Positions 32,075-43,034 of a stretch of DNA of 64,000 nucleotides are shown piece after piece. The translations under genes and the position numbers were made by a program. The DNA is taken from the NCBI RefSeq assembly GCF_048403405.1, contig NZ_CP183129.1, one strand, 5' to 3'. Source of the stretch: Escherichia coli. Its GTDB lineage: Bacteria; Pseudomonadota; Gammaproteobacteria; Enterobacterales; Enterobacteriaceae. A model generated the notes under the pieces. The model saw only the letters and a program-made list of their open reading frames with translations. It searched no databases and was not told where the DNA came from. How positions within the stretch are numbered: the first letter of the stretch is position 1; every line of letters begins with the position of its first letter.

Positions 32075-33418
32075 TTAAAGCAAACCACAGCGACGTTTAC
32101 TGCGATCTTCCGCTTCCTGATAAAGCTGGAACTCATCCAAAACCGGGCAGCCCAACGCCTGCTCAAATGTTTCGCGACTGGCATTACCGTGACTGCGTGC
32201 CTGCGTTTCATTACCCAGATTTGACTGGAAGATCCCCGCCGCGCTAACGGGCAAGAAATCTTCATAGGTAATGGGTTGCGCCACTATCCAACCACGTTCA
32301 ATTAAGGGCTGTGGATCGTCTCCGGGATGAATCGCCTGACGATGCGCCTCACCTGAAGGCGTCAGACGGTACCGGAACCATGCCAACCCTTGCTGACGCA
32401 TTAAAAACTCACTGTCAGGAAAAGTGCGGAAGGTTTCCTGTAAATGCATTTGGTGAGTGAGATTATCCTGCCCGGTTCCAGCGTTACGCAGAAGATCATC
32501 ATACAGTTGTCGCCCTTTCGGCGTTAATGCCACACCACGCTGCTCTATTTCACCAAAGCGCGCGGTATGCGTACCCTGTTTCTGCCCTGCAAACAACACC
32601 GTCTCTTCCAGTGCTTTAAAGCTGGTCTGGCGTAGTAAAATCGGTACCTCGCGGCGCGGCGGCCCTTCGATCAGAATTTTGGGTTCAATCCCGCATTCAG
32701 GCATCATCGACTGCACCCGGTCAATATCCAGCGTACGTGGCGTCAGGTGGTTGATATGGCATCCAGGAAAACAGACCACATCAGCAATCAACCGATGTTC
32801 GTTGTGCAAGGCGCGATAGGTTTCTTCATCTACCGTTGCTGACTGGTGCCAACGAAACGTTTCCAGGGCTTCCTGCACAAACTCCTGTGCGTGTGTTTCG
32901 TTAAAACCGCCCCGCTGCTCATATTCCTCTAACAGTTGTCGACAACGTGGGGTGAAGATATCGCGCTGACGCAGAATCTCCTCCGCTTTCTGGCGCAAAA
33001 TTTCGTTCTCGATAAGCTCAAGGCGGAGTAATGAAGTAAAAACGCGGAAGGGATTACGCGCCAGAGAAGCATCATCAATGGGCCGAAATGCTGTCGAATG
33101 TACCGGCACCCCCGCCCGCGAGAGATCGTAATAGCTCACCGGGTACATCCCCATAATGGCAAACATCCGCCGAAGAGTAGCAAGCTCTTGTGCAGTCCCA
33201 ACACGAATCGCCCCATGACGTTCAACATTCAGTCGCGCCAGCTCGTCTGCATTTACCATTTTTTCGTGCAGTTGAGGATTGTTTTCCAGCACAGCCAGAT
33301 TCACATCAGCTACCAGTTCCAGCAGCGTGCCGTACTGCGGAACTTCTTGCTGGTACATGGCTGACATTGCCTGCGAAAACTGTTCCCGAATCTCATCCGC
33401 CGTGATGCTGTTCGCCAT
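32075..33418 (-). CDS. ydcJ: uncharacterised protein YdcJ (DUF1338 / VOC-like)
   Basis: 447 aa ORF; K-12 synteny between opgD and ydcI. Confidence 0.88.
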   Translation of the reverse strand: MANSITADEIREQFSQAMSAMYQQEVPQYGTLLELVADVNLAVLENNPQLHEKMVNADELARLNVERHGAIRVGTAQELATLRRMFAIMGMYPVSYYDLSRAGVPVHSTAFRPIDDASLARNPFRVFTSLLRLELIENEILRQKAEEILRQRDIFTPRCRQLLEEYEQRGGFNETHAQEFVQEALETFRWHQSATVDEETYRALHNEHRLIADVVCFPGCHINHLTPRTLDIDRVQSMMPECGIEPKILIEGPPRREVPILLRQTSFKALEETVLFAGQKQGTHTARFGEIEQRGVALTPKGRQLYDDLLRNAGTGQDNLTHQMHLQETFRTFPDSEFLMRQQGLAWFRYRLTPSGEAHRQAIHPGDDPQPLIERGWIVAQPITYEDFLPVSAAGIFQSNLGNETQARSHGNASRETFEQALGCPVLDEFQLYQEAEDRSKRRCGLL

Positions 33419-33634
33419 AGTGTCTGCCTCCAGTGGTCAGTAATCTGGAGTGTAGGTAACCGCATTCACTCCGGCGGGAAGAATTTACAAACTGTGATCT
33501 CGCCGCTAAAACATCAATATTATCCATTTTGCTGTAACATAATTGCTTTAATTGTTAATAATATTTTGCAATCAAGTTATCATAATCAAACAACTTCACT
33601 TGTCAGCGACACCGCTTCGTTTTTAACATCGCTT

Positions 33635-34558
33635 ATGGAAAAAAATAGTCTGTTTAGTCAGCGCATCCGTTTGCGCCACCTTCATACATTCGTAGCTGTC
33701 GCACAACAAGGAACTTTGGGGCGCGCGGCTGAAACCCTTAATTTGAGTCAACCTGCGCTCTCTAAGACATTGAATGAACTGGAGCAGCTGACGGGCGCTC
33801 GCTTGTTTGAGCGTGGTCGTCAGGGGGCGCAACTTACCTTACCCGGCGAACAATTTTTAACGCATGCAGTCAGAGTTCTTGACGCCATCAACACTGCCGG
33901 ACAGTCGCTTCATCGTAAAGAAGGTCTTAATAATGATGTCGTCAGGGTTGGTGCACTACCTACTGCGGCACTGGGGATATTACCTTCGGTTATAGGTCAG
34001 TTTCATCAGCAACAAAAAGAGACGACCTTGCAAGTTGCGACAATGAGTAACCCTATGATTCTTGCGGGTTTAAAAACCGGGGAAATCGATATCGGCATTG
34101 GTCGGATGTCAGATCCTGAACTGATGACCGGACTTAATTACGAACTGCTGTTTCTTGAATCGCTGAAGCTGGTCGTCCGCCCTAATCACCCGCTACTTCA
34201 GGAGAACGTAACGCTAAGCCGGGTGCTGGAATGGCCGGTCGTTGTATCACCAGAAGGCACTGCGCCACGCCAGCATTCAGATGCATTAGTGCAGAGCCAG
34301 GGCTGTAAAATTCCTTCGGGTTGTATCGAAACGCTGTCTGCTTCGCTATCTCGTCAACTTACGGTTGAATACGACTACGTGTGGTTTGTCCCTTCTGGCG
34401 CTGTAAAAGACGACCTGCGTCATGCCACGCTGGTGGCCCTGCCTGTTCCAGGGCATGGTGCAGGCGAACCGATTGGAATACTGACCCGCGTAGATGCGAC
34501 GTTCTCTTCTGGTTGCCAGTTGATGATTAACGCTATTCGAAAATCAATGCCGTTCTGA
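33635..34558 (+). CDS. ydcI: LysR-family transcriptional regulator YdcI
   Basis: Track ORF 33494..34558 trimmed to ATG 33635 (MEKNSLFSQRIRLRHLHTFVAVAQQGTLGRAAE..), 307 aa, LysR HTH. Confidence 0.88.
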   Translation: MEKNSLFSQRIRLRHLHTFVAVAQQGTLGRAAETLNLSQPALSKTLNELEQLTGARLFERGRQGAQLTLPGEQFLTHAVRVLDAINTAGQSLHRKEGLNNDVVRVGALPTAALGILPSVIGQFHQQQKETTLQVATMSNPMILAGLKTGEIDIGIGRMSDPELMTGLNYELLFLESLKLVVRPNHPLLQENVTLSRVLEWPVVVSPEGTAPRQHSDALVQSQGCKIPSGCIETLSASLSRQLTVEYDYVWFVPSGAVKDDLRHATLVALPVPGHGAGEPIGILTRVDATFSSGCQLMINAIRKSMPF

Positions 34559-34563
34559 AAGGT

Positions 34564-34585
34564 GAAGGGATCTGTCGATCCCTCC
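34564..34585. terminator. bidirectional hairpin between convergent ydcI and trg
   Basis: AAGGGATC-tgtc-GATCCCTCC right after the ydcI stop. Confidence 0.5.
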
Positions 34586-34595
34586 TTGAACATTT

Positions 34596-36236
34596 TCACA
34601 CTGTAGCGAAACTAACTGGTTCACCCGCTCCGCGAGGTTCTGCCGACACAGAATGTTTGTTCAGACGGAATACGTCCACCGCCTCAGTTAATCGTGCCGC
34701 CTGTTCTTCAAGGGACACCGCCGCCGCTGAGGCCTCTTCTACCAGAGAAGCATTCTGTTGCGTCACCTTATCCATTTCAGAAATCGCCTGGCTAACCTGA
34801 GTTATGCCTCTGCTTTGTTCATCCGAGGCAGCGGCGATTTCCTGCATGATATGTGTGACACTCGCGACGGCATCAACAATAGTGCTCATGGTTTTCCCTG
34901 CCATTGCCACCTCATCCGACCCCAGGTCAATTAACCTGACTGATTCACTGATCAAGCCTTCAATCTCTTTCGTCGCCTGAGCGCTGCGGCTTGCGAGTGT
35001 CCGTACTTCGCTGGCGACAACGGCAAATCCACGCCCTTGCTCACCCGCTCGCGCGGCTTCAACGGCAGCATTCAGTGCCAGAATATTCGTCTGGAAAGCA
35101 ATACTGTTGATGACGGAAGTGATCTCGGAAATTTTCTTCGAACTCGTGGAGATAGCGCCCATCGTTTTTACTACACCGGAAACCGTCTGCCCGCCATCGC
35201 TGGCTTTAATAGAAGCCTCCTGCGCCAGTTTGCTGGCATGATGCGCGTTATCCGCATTCTGTTTCACCGTCGCAGTGAGTTGCTCCATGCTGGCGGCAGT
35301 TTGTTCAATTGCCGCCGCTTGTTCTTCGGTGCGAGATGACAGGTCCGCATTGCCAGAGGAAATTTCGCTGGTGCCACGATAAATCTCTTCCGCGCCCTGT
35401 CGAACGGTCCCTACTGTCATCCCCAGTGAATGCTGCATTTGCTGTAAATGACGACTTAAGCGACCGATTTCATTACGACCTGCCGGATCATCATTCATCG
35501 TCAGATCGCCACTGGCGATTTTTTCAATCCGTTGTGCGGCATGTTGCAGTGGACGAATGACGATCCGACGTAGCACTATAAATGTTATCAGCGTCATGAC
35601 CAGGGCAAGCACAAACGCGCCAATCATGAACATCCCACCCAGGCGGGTGCGCTGATGGGCCAGTTCCGCCAGTTGGTTGGCTCTGGTGCTACGTATCTTA
35701 ACGGCTTTGCTCAAAATATCGGTATAAGCATTATCCAGCGGTCGGATCTGCTCACTTTCATGATTGATAATCGCTTCAAACATGCCATTTTTGGCATATT
35801 TCAACATCGGTTGCATACCCGTGATATAAGCCTGGAAGCGTTGATTTAATTCAGTGTCGAGGGCTTCATCAGCAGGTGTTTTCACCGACCGATTCTGATA
35901 AGCACGATAACCTTGCTGCGACTGTTTAATCTCCGATTCGGCTTGCGCAATATTTCGCTTCATTGCTTCCATTTCAGCAATACGACTCGCAGCACCAGCC
36001 TGAATCATATTGATCCGGGCTGAACGCAAAAAATCTGAACTGTTCGCTAACCCGGTCCGAATCTCAATCTCCGCAGTAACATCACGCTGATCGCGATCGG
36101 CCTGCCAAAGGAAATAGCCGGCCAGGGCTGAACTTAATGCGAATAGAACTAAGATACCGCCAAGAATGCAGGCAAATAACGGAACCAGCCTGATGTGATG
36201 CAAAAAACCTAATCGCTGTGAGGGAGTTGTATTCAT
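34596..36236 (-). CDS. trg: methyl-accepting chemotaxis protein III (ribose/galactose sensor)
   Basis: 546 aa; two TM segments flanking a periplasmic domain, HAMP, and the conserved MCP signalling segment (..[21 protein letters not shown]..). Confidence 0.93.
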   Translation of the reverse strand: MNTTPSQRLGFLHHIRLVPLFACILGGILVLFALSSALAGYFLWQADRDQRDVTAEIEIRTGLANSSDFLRSARINMIQAGAASRIAEMEAMKRNIAQAESEIKQSQQGYRAYQNRSVKTPADEALDTELNQRFQAYITGMQPMLKYAKNGMFEAIINHESEQIRPLDNAYTDILSKAVKIRSTRANQLAELAHQRTRLGGMFMIGAFVLALVMTLITFIVLRRIVIRPLQHAAQRIEKIASGDLTMNDDPAGRNEIGRLSRHLQQMQHSLGMTVGTVRQGAEEIYRGTSEISSGNADLSSRTEEQAAAIEQTAASMEQLTATVKQNADNAHHASKLAQEASIKASDGGQTVSGVVKTMGAISTSSKKISEITSVINSIAFQTNILALNAAVEAARAGEQGRGFAVVASEVRTLASRSAQATKEIEGLISESVRLIDLGSDEVAMAGKTMSTIVDAVASVTHIMQEIAAASDEQSRGITQVSQAISEMDKVTQQNASLVEEASAAAVSLEEQAARLTEAVDVFRLNKHSVSAEPRGAGEPVSFATV

Positions 36237-36274
36237 TACCGTTGTCTCTCTTCCAGGTTTACTCCTGATAGAAA

Positions 36275-36304
36275 GTCATCGGCACTTGACGGTAATTTCT
36301 TACG
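36275..36304 (-). promoter_or_regulatory. putative sigma-28 (FliA) promoter of trg
   Basis: Minus strand reads TAAGAAAT-N11-GCCGATGA, close to sigma-28 consensus TAAAGTTT-N11-GCCGATAA, about 40 nt upstream of the trg ATG. Confidence 0.4.
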
Positions 36305-36611
36305 ACCAAAAACCTCTTTGCGTCACATTTTTACAACAATTATGGCAGAGAAGAATAATGCCATTGGAATGAAGAGAGTAACGAATGATTAAACTGGCTA
36401 AACCGAATGACGAAAAATTCTGGAAAACAGCACGCAATTTCGTGAAGTGATTATTTTCGTCCCTAAGGAAACCTCATAGGATGCCTGCGGGTGCCTGAGA
36501 CTTTCTGTTTTCAGGCTAACCGGGAATCAGAAAGACGAAGGCCCCGACCGATATTTCTATCAACTGTACTGCACCCATTTTGTTGGACGATGAAATGGAA
36601 TAGCCCCTAAT

Positions 36612-37133
36612 ATGTCAAAGCCAAAATACCCTTTTGAAAAGCGCCTTGAAGTCGTGAATCACTACTTCACAACTGATGATGGTTACAGGATCATCTCGGC
36701 ACGTTTTGGTGTCCCCCGAACCCAGGTCAGGACATGGGTTGCCCTCTATGAAAAACATGGAGAAAAAGGTTTAATTCCCAAACCTAAAGGCGTTAGTGCT
36801 GATCCAGAGTTGCGTATTAAGGTCGTGAAAGCTGTGATCGAGCAGCACATGTCCCTTAATCAGGCTGCTGCTCACTTTATGCTTGCTGGTAGTGGTTCTG
36901 TAGCCAGGTGGCTGAAGGTCTATGAAGAGCGCGGAGAAGCTGGTTTACGCGCGCTCAAGATTGGCACCAAAAGAAACATTGCAATATCAGTTGATCCAGA
37001 AAAAGCGGCATCAGCATTGGAGCTGTCAAAAGACCGACGCATTGAGGATCTTGAAAGGCAAGTTCGATTTCTTGAAACGCGGCTTATGTATCTAAAAAAG
37101 CTGAAAGCCTTAGCTCATCCCACGAAAAAGTAA
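36612..37133 (+). CDS. insJ: IS150 OrfA (InsJ), HTH DNA-binding protein
   Basis: 173 aa MSKPKYPFEKRLEVVNHYFTTDDGYRIISARFGVPRTQVRTWV..; slippery heptamer A_AAA_AAG at 37094-37100 near its 3' end. Confidence 0.9.
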   Translation: MSKPKYPFEKRLEVVNHYFTTDDGYRIISARFGVPRTQVRTWVALYEKHGEKGLIPKPKGVSADPELRIKVVKAVIEQHMSLNQAAAHFMLAGSGSVARWLKVYEERGEAGLRALKIGTKRNIAISVDPEKAASALELSKDRRIEDLERQVRFLETRLMYLKKLKALAHPTKK

Positions 37134-37981
37134 AAGTACTCAACGAGCTAAGGCAGTTTTATCCTCTTGATGAGCTTCTCAGGGCTGCGGAGATACCGCG
37201 CAGTACGTTTTATTACCATCTAAAGGCTCTCAGCAAGCCTGACAAGTATGCGGACGTTAAAAAGCGTATTGGTGAGATTTATCACGAGAATAGAGGCCGA
37301 TACGGATACCGTAGGGTAACGCTGTCTCTTCATCGAGAAGGGAAACAGATTAACCATAAAGCTGTTCAGCGCCTGATGGGAACCCTCTCACTTAAAGCAG
37401 CGATTAAGGTCAAGCGATACCGCTCTTACAGAGGAGAGGTAGGGCAAACCGCCCCTAATGTTCTCCAAAGAGATTTCAAGGCTACGCGGCCAAACGAGAA
37501 GTGGGTTACCGATGTTACTGAATTTGCAGTCAATGGGCGCAAGCTGTATTTGTCTCCAGTAATAGATCTCTTCAACAACGAAGTTATTTCTTACAGCCTT
37601 TCGGAAAGACCAGTGATGAACATGGTTGAGAATATGCTCGATCAGGCATTCAAAAAGCTTAATCCTCACGAGCATCCTGTTCTGCACTCTGACCAGGGAT
37701 GGCAGTATCGTATGAGAAGATATCAAAATATCCTTAAAGAACATGGTATTAAACAAAGCATGTCCAGAAAAGGCAATTGTCTGGATAATGCTGTGGTGGA
37801 GTGTTTCTTTGGAACCTTAAAGTCGGAGTGTTTTTATCTTGATGAGTTCAGTAATATAAGCGAACTGAAGGATGCTGTTACGGAATATATTGAATACTAC
37901 AACAGCAGAAGAATTAGCCTGAAATTAAAAGGTCTGACTCCAATTGAATATCGGAATCAGACCTATATGCCTCGTGTTTAA
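37130..37981 (+). CDS. insK: IS150 OrfB (InsK), DDE transposase; made as OrfAB fusion by -1 frameshift
   Basis: Open -1 frame from the slippery site to 37981 (..[60 protein letters not shown]..); the track shows only the part after the first Met (37376). Confidence 0.8.
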
Positions 37982-38023
37982 CTGTCCAACTTTTTGGGGT
38001 CAGTACACAACCGAGGCCAACGA

Positions 38024-38231
<208 letters not shown>

Positions 38232-38302
38232 GGGCAAGCGCGGGGATTTTCCCCGCGCATCTGACTAGCAGATTCATTTTCTCATGGCACCCCTTTTACA
38301 CT

Positions 38303-38476
38303 TCAGTTAGTGCATGTTTTTTTCGATGCACTAATAGAACCATCATTACAGACAAATTTGCCGCCTGCCGTACAGTGTGAGATCCCCCCTTTCGAACCAG
38401 AACAGGGTTTGCGCCCGGCATCGGCATAAAAGGAAACAAGCGTTCCCATAAACAAGATAAGTGCCAGTTTTTTCAT
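38303..38476 (-). CDS. ydcA: small secreted protein YdcA
   Basis: 57 aa MKKLALILFMGTLVSFYADAGRKPCSGSKGGISHCTAGGKFVCNDGSISASKKTCTN with signal peptide; below ORF-track cutoff. Confidence 0.8.
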   Translation of the reverse strand: MKKLALILFMGTLVSFYADAGRKPCSGSKGGISHCTAGGKFVCNDGSISASKKTCTN

Positions 38477-38647
38477 ATAACCTCCATGGTTTATCGAATC
38501 TTATGTTCGATTTGAACGTTATACGCTGGTTTATTTTGATACCGTTGATGAGATCAAAGATCGGGCGAATTGATTAAAGATAAGCCAGATGGACGTATGG
38601 ATAAGGATTATGGTTTTATTTGTCATACAAATAAATATAATAGGCGC

Positions 38648-38711
38648 TTCCGATGTAGACCCGTATTCTTCGCCTGTACCACGGGTCGGTTTTAGTACAG
38701 GCGTTTTCTTT
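38648..38711 (+). ncRNA. rydC: RydC small regulatory RNA (Hfq-dependent)
   Basis: CTTCCGATGTAGACCCGTATTCTTCGCCTGTACCACGGGTCGGTTTTAGTACAGGCGTTTTCTT recognised from memory as RydC; TATAAT at 38634-38639 upstream; ends in GCCTGTAC..GTACAGGC hairpin plus U-run. Confidence 0.8.
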
Positions 38712-38720
38712 AAATATCCT

Positions 38721-39251
38721 TCAGGAACGTTTACGCGGCATCATGCGTAGAAGTGTGTTGTCCTTCCAGAAATAGTGGTGTGCCAGTGCAGCCGCAGCGT
38801 GCAACCCGATGACAAAATATCCCAGATTCGCCAGCATTTCATGCCACGACTTTAAGCTATCAACCCGTTCGAAATTGGCCTCTGATGCATAAGGCATCGT
38901 CAAACCAAACGCAAACCACGGGTTGCCTCGGTTATACATCATCACCAAACCAATCACTGGCAGCGCAATAAACAGGAGATAAATCACCAAATGTCCCAAA
39001 TGCGCCAGTCCCGTCATCATCGGTTTTGGCTTAGGTATAATCGGCGGGGTTGGGTATTTCAGCCTTAACAAAAGACGAACGACCATCAGCACGAGAATTG
39101 ATATGCCACAGGAAACATGAATCATGTTGATGAGTGGCCGATCGCTACGTGGGAAGAAACCCCGAAACTCCATTGCGCAATACGCTGCGATAACCAGCAT
39201 AAAGACCAGCCAGTGAATGCTGATTTGTAACCTTGAGTATTTATTTCCCAT
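38721..39251 (-). CDS. cybB: cytochrome b561
   Basis: Track ORF 38721..39287 trimmed to ATG 39251 (MGNKYSRLQISIHWLVF..), 176 aa, four TM helices with conserved His. Confidence 0.9.
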   Translation of the reverse strand: MGNKYSRLQISIHWLVFMLVIAAYCAMEFRGFFPRSDRPLINMIHVSCGISILVLMVVRLLLRLKYPTPPIIPKPKPMMTGLAHLGHLVIYLLFIALPVIGLVMMYNRGNPWFAFGLTMPYASEANFERVDSLKSWHEMLANLGYFVIGLHAAAALAHHYFWKDNTLLRMMPRKRS

Positions 39252-39439
39252 AACATTTCCTGCTTTAACATAATTTTCCGTTAACATAACGGGCTTTTCT
39301 TAAAATTTCATTAAATATTGTTCACCCGTTTTCAGTACGTTACGTTTCACGGCAAGAATGTAGATTGCCCATCCCGCCATCGTGGTCTAAGCCTGGAAAG
39401 GATCAATTTTCATCCGAACGTTCCTGACAGGAGAAGACC

Positions 39440-40441
39440 ATGAGTAAAGTTGGTATTAATGGTTTTGGTCGTATCGGTCGACTGGTGTTGCGTCGATTAC
39501 TTGAAGTCAAAAGCAACATAGACATTGTTGCTATTAATGATCTCACTTCCCCAAAAATTCTCGCCTACCTGTTGAAACATGATTCAAACTACGGACCGTT
39601 CCCCTGGAGCGTTGATTTTACGGAAGATTCACTTATCGTTGATGGAAAAAGTATCGCGGTTTACGCCGAAAAAGAGGCTAAAAATATTCCGTGGAAAGCG
39701 AAAGGCGCAGAAATCATTGTCGAATGTACTGGCTTTTATACCTCCGCCGAGAAATCGCAGGCGCATCTTGATGCTGGTGCGAAGAAGGTGTTGATTTCCG
39801 CCCCTGCCGGTGAAATGAAAACCATCGTTTATAACGTCAATGACGACACACTGGATGGCAACGACACCATTGTTTCCGTGGCGTCATGCACCACTAATTG
39901 TCTTGCACCGATGGCCAAAGCCTTGCACGACAGTTTCGGAATAGAAGTCGGCACGATGACGACCATTCATGCCTATACCGGCACTCAGTCACTGGTGGAT
40001 GGCCCGCGTGGTAAAGATCTACGCGCTTCACGTGCAGCGGCAGAAAATATCATTCCCCACACTACGGGGGCGGCAAAAGCCATTGGTCTGGTGATCCCAG
40101 AACTGAGCGGCAAACTGAAAGGTCATGCACAACGCGTACCCGTGAAAACCGGTTCGGTGACTGAACTGGTGTCTATTCTTGGAAAAAAAGTGACTGCCGA
40201 AGAGGTGAACAACGCGCTTAAAAACGCGACAAACAATAACGAGTCATTTGGTTATACCGATGAAGAAATAGTCTCTTCCGATATCATTGGCAGCCATTTC
40301 GGTTCGGTGTTTGATGCCACGCAAACCGAAATTACCGCCGTGGGCGATTTACAACTGGTGAAAACGGTCGCCTGGTACGATAACGAATATGGCTTCGTCA
40401 CGCAGCTTATTCGCACCCTCGAAAAATTCGCTAAACTCTGA
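39440..40441 (+). CDS. gapC: glyceraldehyde-3-phosphate dehydrogenase GapC, full length
   Basis: 333 aa uninterrupted ORF with NAD-binding INGFGRIGR and active-site SCTTNCLAP; good Shine-Dalgarno (AGGAGAA) before ATG 39440. Confidence 0.9.
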   Translation: MSKVGINGFGRIGRLVLRRLLEVKSNIDIVAINDLTSPKILAYLLKHDSNYGPFPWSVDFTEDSLIVDGKSIAVYAEKEAKNIPWKAKGAEIIVECTGFYTSAEKSQAHLDAGAKKVLISAPAGEMKTIVYNVNDDTLDGNDTIVSVASCTTNCLAPMAKALHDSFGIEVGTMTTIHAYTGTQSLVDGPRGKDLRASRAAAENIIPHTTGAAKAIGLVIPELSGKLKGHAQRVPVKTGSVTELVSILGKKVTAEEVNNALKNATNNNESFGYTDEEIVSSDIIGSHFGSVFDATQTEITAVGDLQLVKTVAWYDNEYGFVTQLIRTLEKFAKL

Positions 40442-40448
40442 CGCGCAC

Positions 40449-40472
40449 AGGCGGAGGAAAAAACCTCCGCCT
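40449..40472. terminator. bidirectional terminator between convergent gapC and aldA
   Basis: AGGCGGAGG-aaaaaa-CCTCCGCCT. Confidence 0.6.
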
Positions 40473-40482
40473 CTTTCACTCA

Positions 40483-41922
40483 TTAAGACTGTAAATAAAC
40501 CACCTGGGTCTGCAGATATTCATGCAGGCCATGTTTACCATCTGCGCCGCCAATACCGGATTTACGCCATCCGGCGTGGAAGCCTTGCATAGCTTCGAAG
40601 TTTTCACGGTTGATGTAAGTTTCACCAAACTTCAGCCCTTTAATGGCTTTCATCGCGACGTTCAGATTTTGGGTATAGATTGATGAGGTCAGGCCGTAAT
40701 CACTGTCATTCGCCATTGCGATAGCATCTTCCAGCGTGTCAAATGCGACCACCGGCAGAACCGGGCCAAAGGTTTCCTCATGCATAATCGACATTTCCTG
40801 GCGAACATCCAGCAGCAATGTCGGCGGATAATAATATCCTTTCCCCTCTACCGCTTTGCCACCCAACGCCACTCTCGCCCCTTCTTCTACTGCGCGCGCC
40901 ACTTTTTGCTCGACCCTTTCCAGCGCCGCGGCGTTAATCAACGGCCCCATCGCAATGTCGTTGCGTTCTGCGGGGTTACCAAATTGAACCGCCTGCAACG
41001 CTTCACCCAGCCGATTGACGAACTGATCATAAATGCCTTTCTGTACATAAACACGTTCTGCACAGTTACACACTTGCCCACTATTAATGACGCGTGAATC
41101 AACGATGGCTTTGACTGCCAGTTCAAGATCGGCATCGTCCATTACGATAGCTGGTGCTTTACCCCCCAATTCCAGGCACACTTTGGTGATGTTTTTCGCC
41201 GCAGTCGCCATGATCTTTTCACCTGCAGAGACGCTGCCTGTCATACTGACCATTGCGACCTTTGGGTTACCCGCCAGTTCTTGCCCAACGGTTTCACCAC
41301 GCCCCAGAACAAGGTTAAACACGCCGCGCGGAAGGCCTATTTCATCGACGATTTTGGCGAATGCAATCGCATTGTTTGGCGTAAATTCACTGGGTTTAAT
41401 GACAATGGTATTACCAGTCAAAAGAGCGGGAGCCATTTTGCGGGCAATGAGGAAGAACGGGAAGTTCCACGGCAGAATGCCGGTAGTCACACCAAGCGCA
41501 CGTTTAAACAGAAGAATATTTTCTCCTGGACGATCGCTTTGAATAATCTCGCCCTCGTAACGCCGTGCCCACTCCGCCATGTAATCGATATAGTCCGCAG
41601 TAAAAGCCACTTCGACTTCAGCCAGCTGCTGGATCTTGCCCCCTTCTTCAACAATCAGCGCACTGATTTCACTGGCGCGTTCGCGGATCCCGACGGAGAT
41701 TTTGCGCAACCAACTGGCGCGTTCAATAGCAGGCAACGCTTCCCATTCTGGTTGTGCACGTTCTGCTGCATCGATTGCCTTACGGGCATCCTCGGCCTGA
41801 CCATCGGGAATGCGGGAAATGACAGCCTCTGTAGCAGGGTTTACCACATCAATCCATGCGTCTCCACGCCAGGTAACAAACTGTCCATCAATATACATAG
41901 GATGTTGAACGGGTACTGACAT
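40483..41922 (-). CDS. aldA: lactaldehyde dehydrogenase (NAD-dependent aldehyde dehydrogenase A)
   Basis: 479 aa; ALDH motifs LELGGKAP and catalytic Cys region SGQVCNCAER. Confidence 0.95.
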   Translation of the reverse strand: MSVPVQHPMYIDGQFVTWRGDAWIDVVNPATEAVISRIPDGQAEDARKAIDAAERAQPEWEALPAIERASWLRKISVGIRERASEISALIVEEGGKIQQLAEVEVAFTADYIDYMAEWARRYEGEIIQSDRPGENILLFKRALGVTTGILPWNFPFFLIARKMAPALLTGNTIVIKPSEFTPNNAIAFAKIVDEIGLPRGVFNLVLGRGETVGQELAGNPKVAMVSMTGSVSAGEKIMATAAKNITKVCLELGGKAPAIVMDDADLELAVKAIVDSRVINSGQVCNCAERVYVQKGIYDQFVNRLGEALQAVQFGNPAERNDIAMGPLINAAALERVEQKVARAVEEGARVALGGKAVEGKGYYYPPTLLLDVRQEMSIMHEETFGPVLPVVAFDTLEDAIAMANDSDYGLTSSIYTQNLNVAMKAIKGLKFGETYINRENFEAMQGFHAGWRKSGIGGADGKHGLHEYLQTQVVYLQS

Positions 41923-42118
41923 GAGCGGCTCCTGTGATTTATATGTTTGTTTTTGGTAAATACATTGTTAATTAACATCAATCATCAGAGAGACGGCATC
42001 ATGAAAGGACAATTCTGTGAAGGGCTTCATAAAAACAAGTGTAAAAGGAATAAGAGGCAGAAATAAAAGGCAGGAGTTATGCCCGTTTGCAAACAAGTGG
42101 TTCACAAACGGGCAATTT

Positions 42119-42919
42119 TTAACGTAACGAGCGACTTTCCATCGCCTCGATGAGCACCGCATCGTGTTTCAGCGTTTGCCATGCATGGATGACTTCTGCC
42201 GGAAAATCAACGTGAACGATAAAATCTCGCCCGCGGGGACCGTAGCCATCGCTATCATCGCGTAAACGCGGCAGCTCGCCAGTGAGTAGTGAGAGATAAC
42301 GCTCAACCGGCCATAATCCTTGCAACGGATTAACAAAGATTACACTGTCTGCGTTGTTTCCTAGCTGAGGAACGAATCCGGGATAACTTAACCAGCGAGG
42401 TGCATCTGGATTGTCCCCGGTCATACGGCGGAACGTCGCCATCGTGCGCCGCTGCATGGTGGGGTCCTGAACAACGATAGCCGTATGAACTCGTTCTACG
42501 GCCTGATTCAATAGCGCGATGCTAAAGCGTGCGTTTTCACCGCAGTTTGTTGACTGGTCTTCAATCCAGATTTTTTCATGCGGAATATGCCAGAACTGAT
42601 GAGCGATATCGGCCAGGATGGTGGCTTCTGCTCTGCCAGTGGTGCGGATAGTGTTGTAGTGCGGATGCTGTGCGATAGCGCTATACAAAAAAGTTGTCGA
42701 GTGACCGATACCACCACTAATCAGTAGAGGAATTTGCTGATCGCGGGCAATCTTACATGCCGCATCGATAGTCGGCATAACCGCATTGCCTGCAAGGATC
42801 ACGCAATCGGCCTGATACGGCATCTCACCGGAGAAATCATCCTGCGCCAGCCACTGTCCGATAACATTTATGGCATCTATAGTTGCCGTCGAAAGCGTCG
42901 GAAACGGGGTAATGTTCAT
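42119..42919 (-). CDS. ydcF: DUF218-family protein YdcF
   Basis: 266 aa ORF; strong Shine-Dalgarno (AAGGAGGAACC) before ATG; K-12 synteny next to aldA. Confidence 0.9.
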   Translation of the reverse strand: MNITPFPTLSTATIDAINVIGQWLAQDDFSGEMPYQADCVILAGNAVMPTIDAACKIARDQQIPLLISGGIGHSTTFLYSAIAQHPHYNTIRTTGRAEATILADIAHQFWHIPHEKIWIEDQSTNCGENARFSIALLNQAVERVHTAIVVQDPTMQRRTMATFRRMTGDNPDAPRWLSYPGFVPQLGNNADSVIFVNPLQGLWPVERYLSLLTGELPRLRDDSDGYGPRGRDFIVHVDFPAEVIHAWQTLKHDAVLIEAMESRSLR

Positions 42920-43034
42920 GGTTCCTCCTTATCGTTCCCTTAAGAATACTGCGTGAGATAATAATGAGAAGCGGAGCACTCTGAAAGGAAGATGATGCTT
43001 TTTCTACCTCGCCATCGCGAACCAGACACTGGTT

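Larger units (their letters stand above)
36565..38007 (+). mobile_element. IS150 (IS3 family), complete copy, 1443 bp
   Basis: Imperfect terminal IRs TGTACTGCACCCATTTTGTTGGAC.. (left) and ..GTCCAACTTTTTGGGGTCAGTACA (right); flanked by direct repeat CAAC (36561-36564 and 38008-38011); intact orfA and orfB. Confidence 0.9.

Noticed and set aside
37388-37756. 122-aa minus-strand ORF
   Set aside because: Antisense to IS150 orfB.
37994-38023. Extended mokB start at 37994 as listed in the track
   Set aside because: That start lies inside the IS150 right inverted repeat; the ATG at 38024 is the plausible mokB start.
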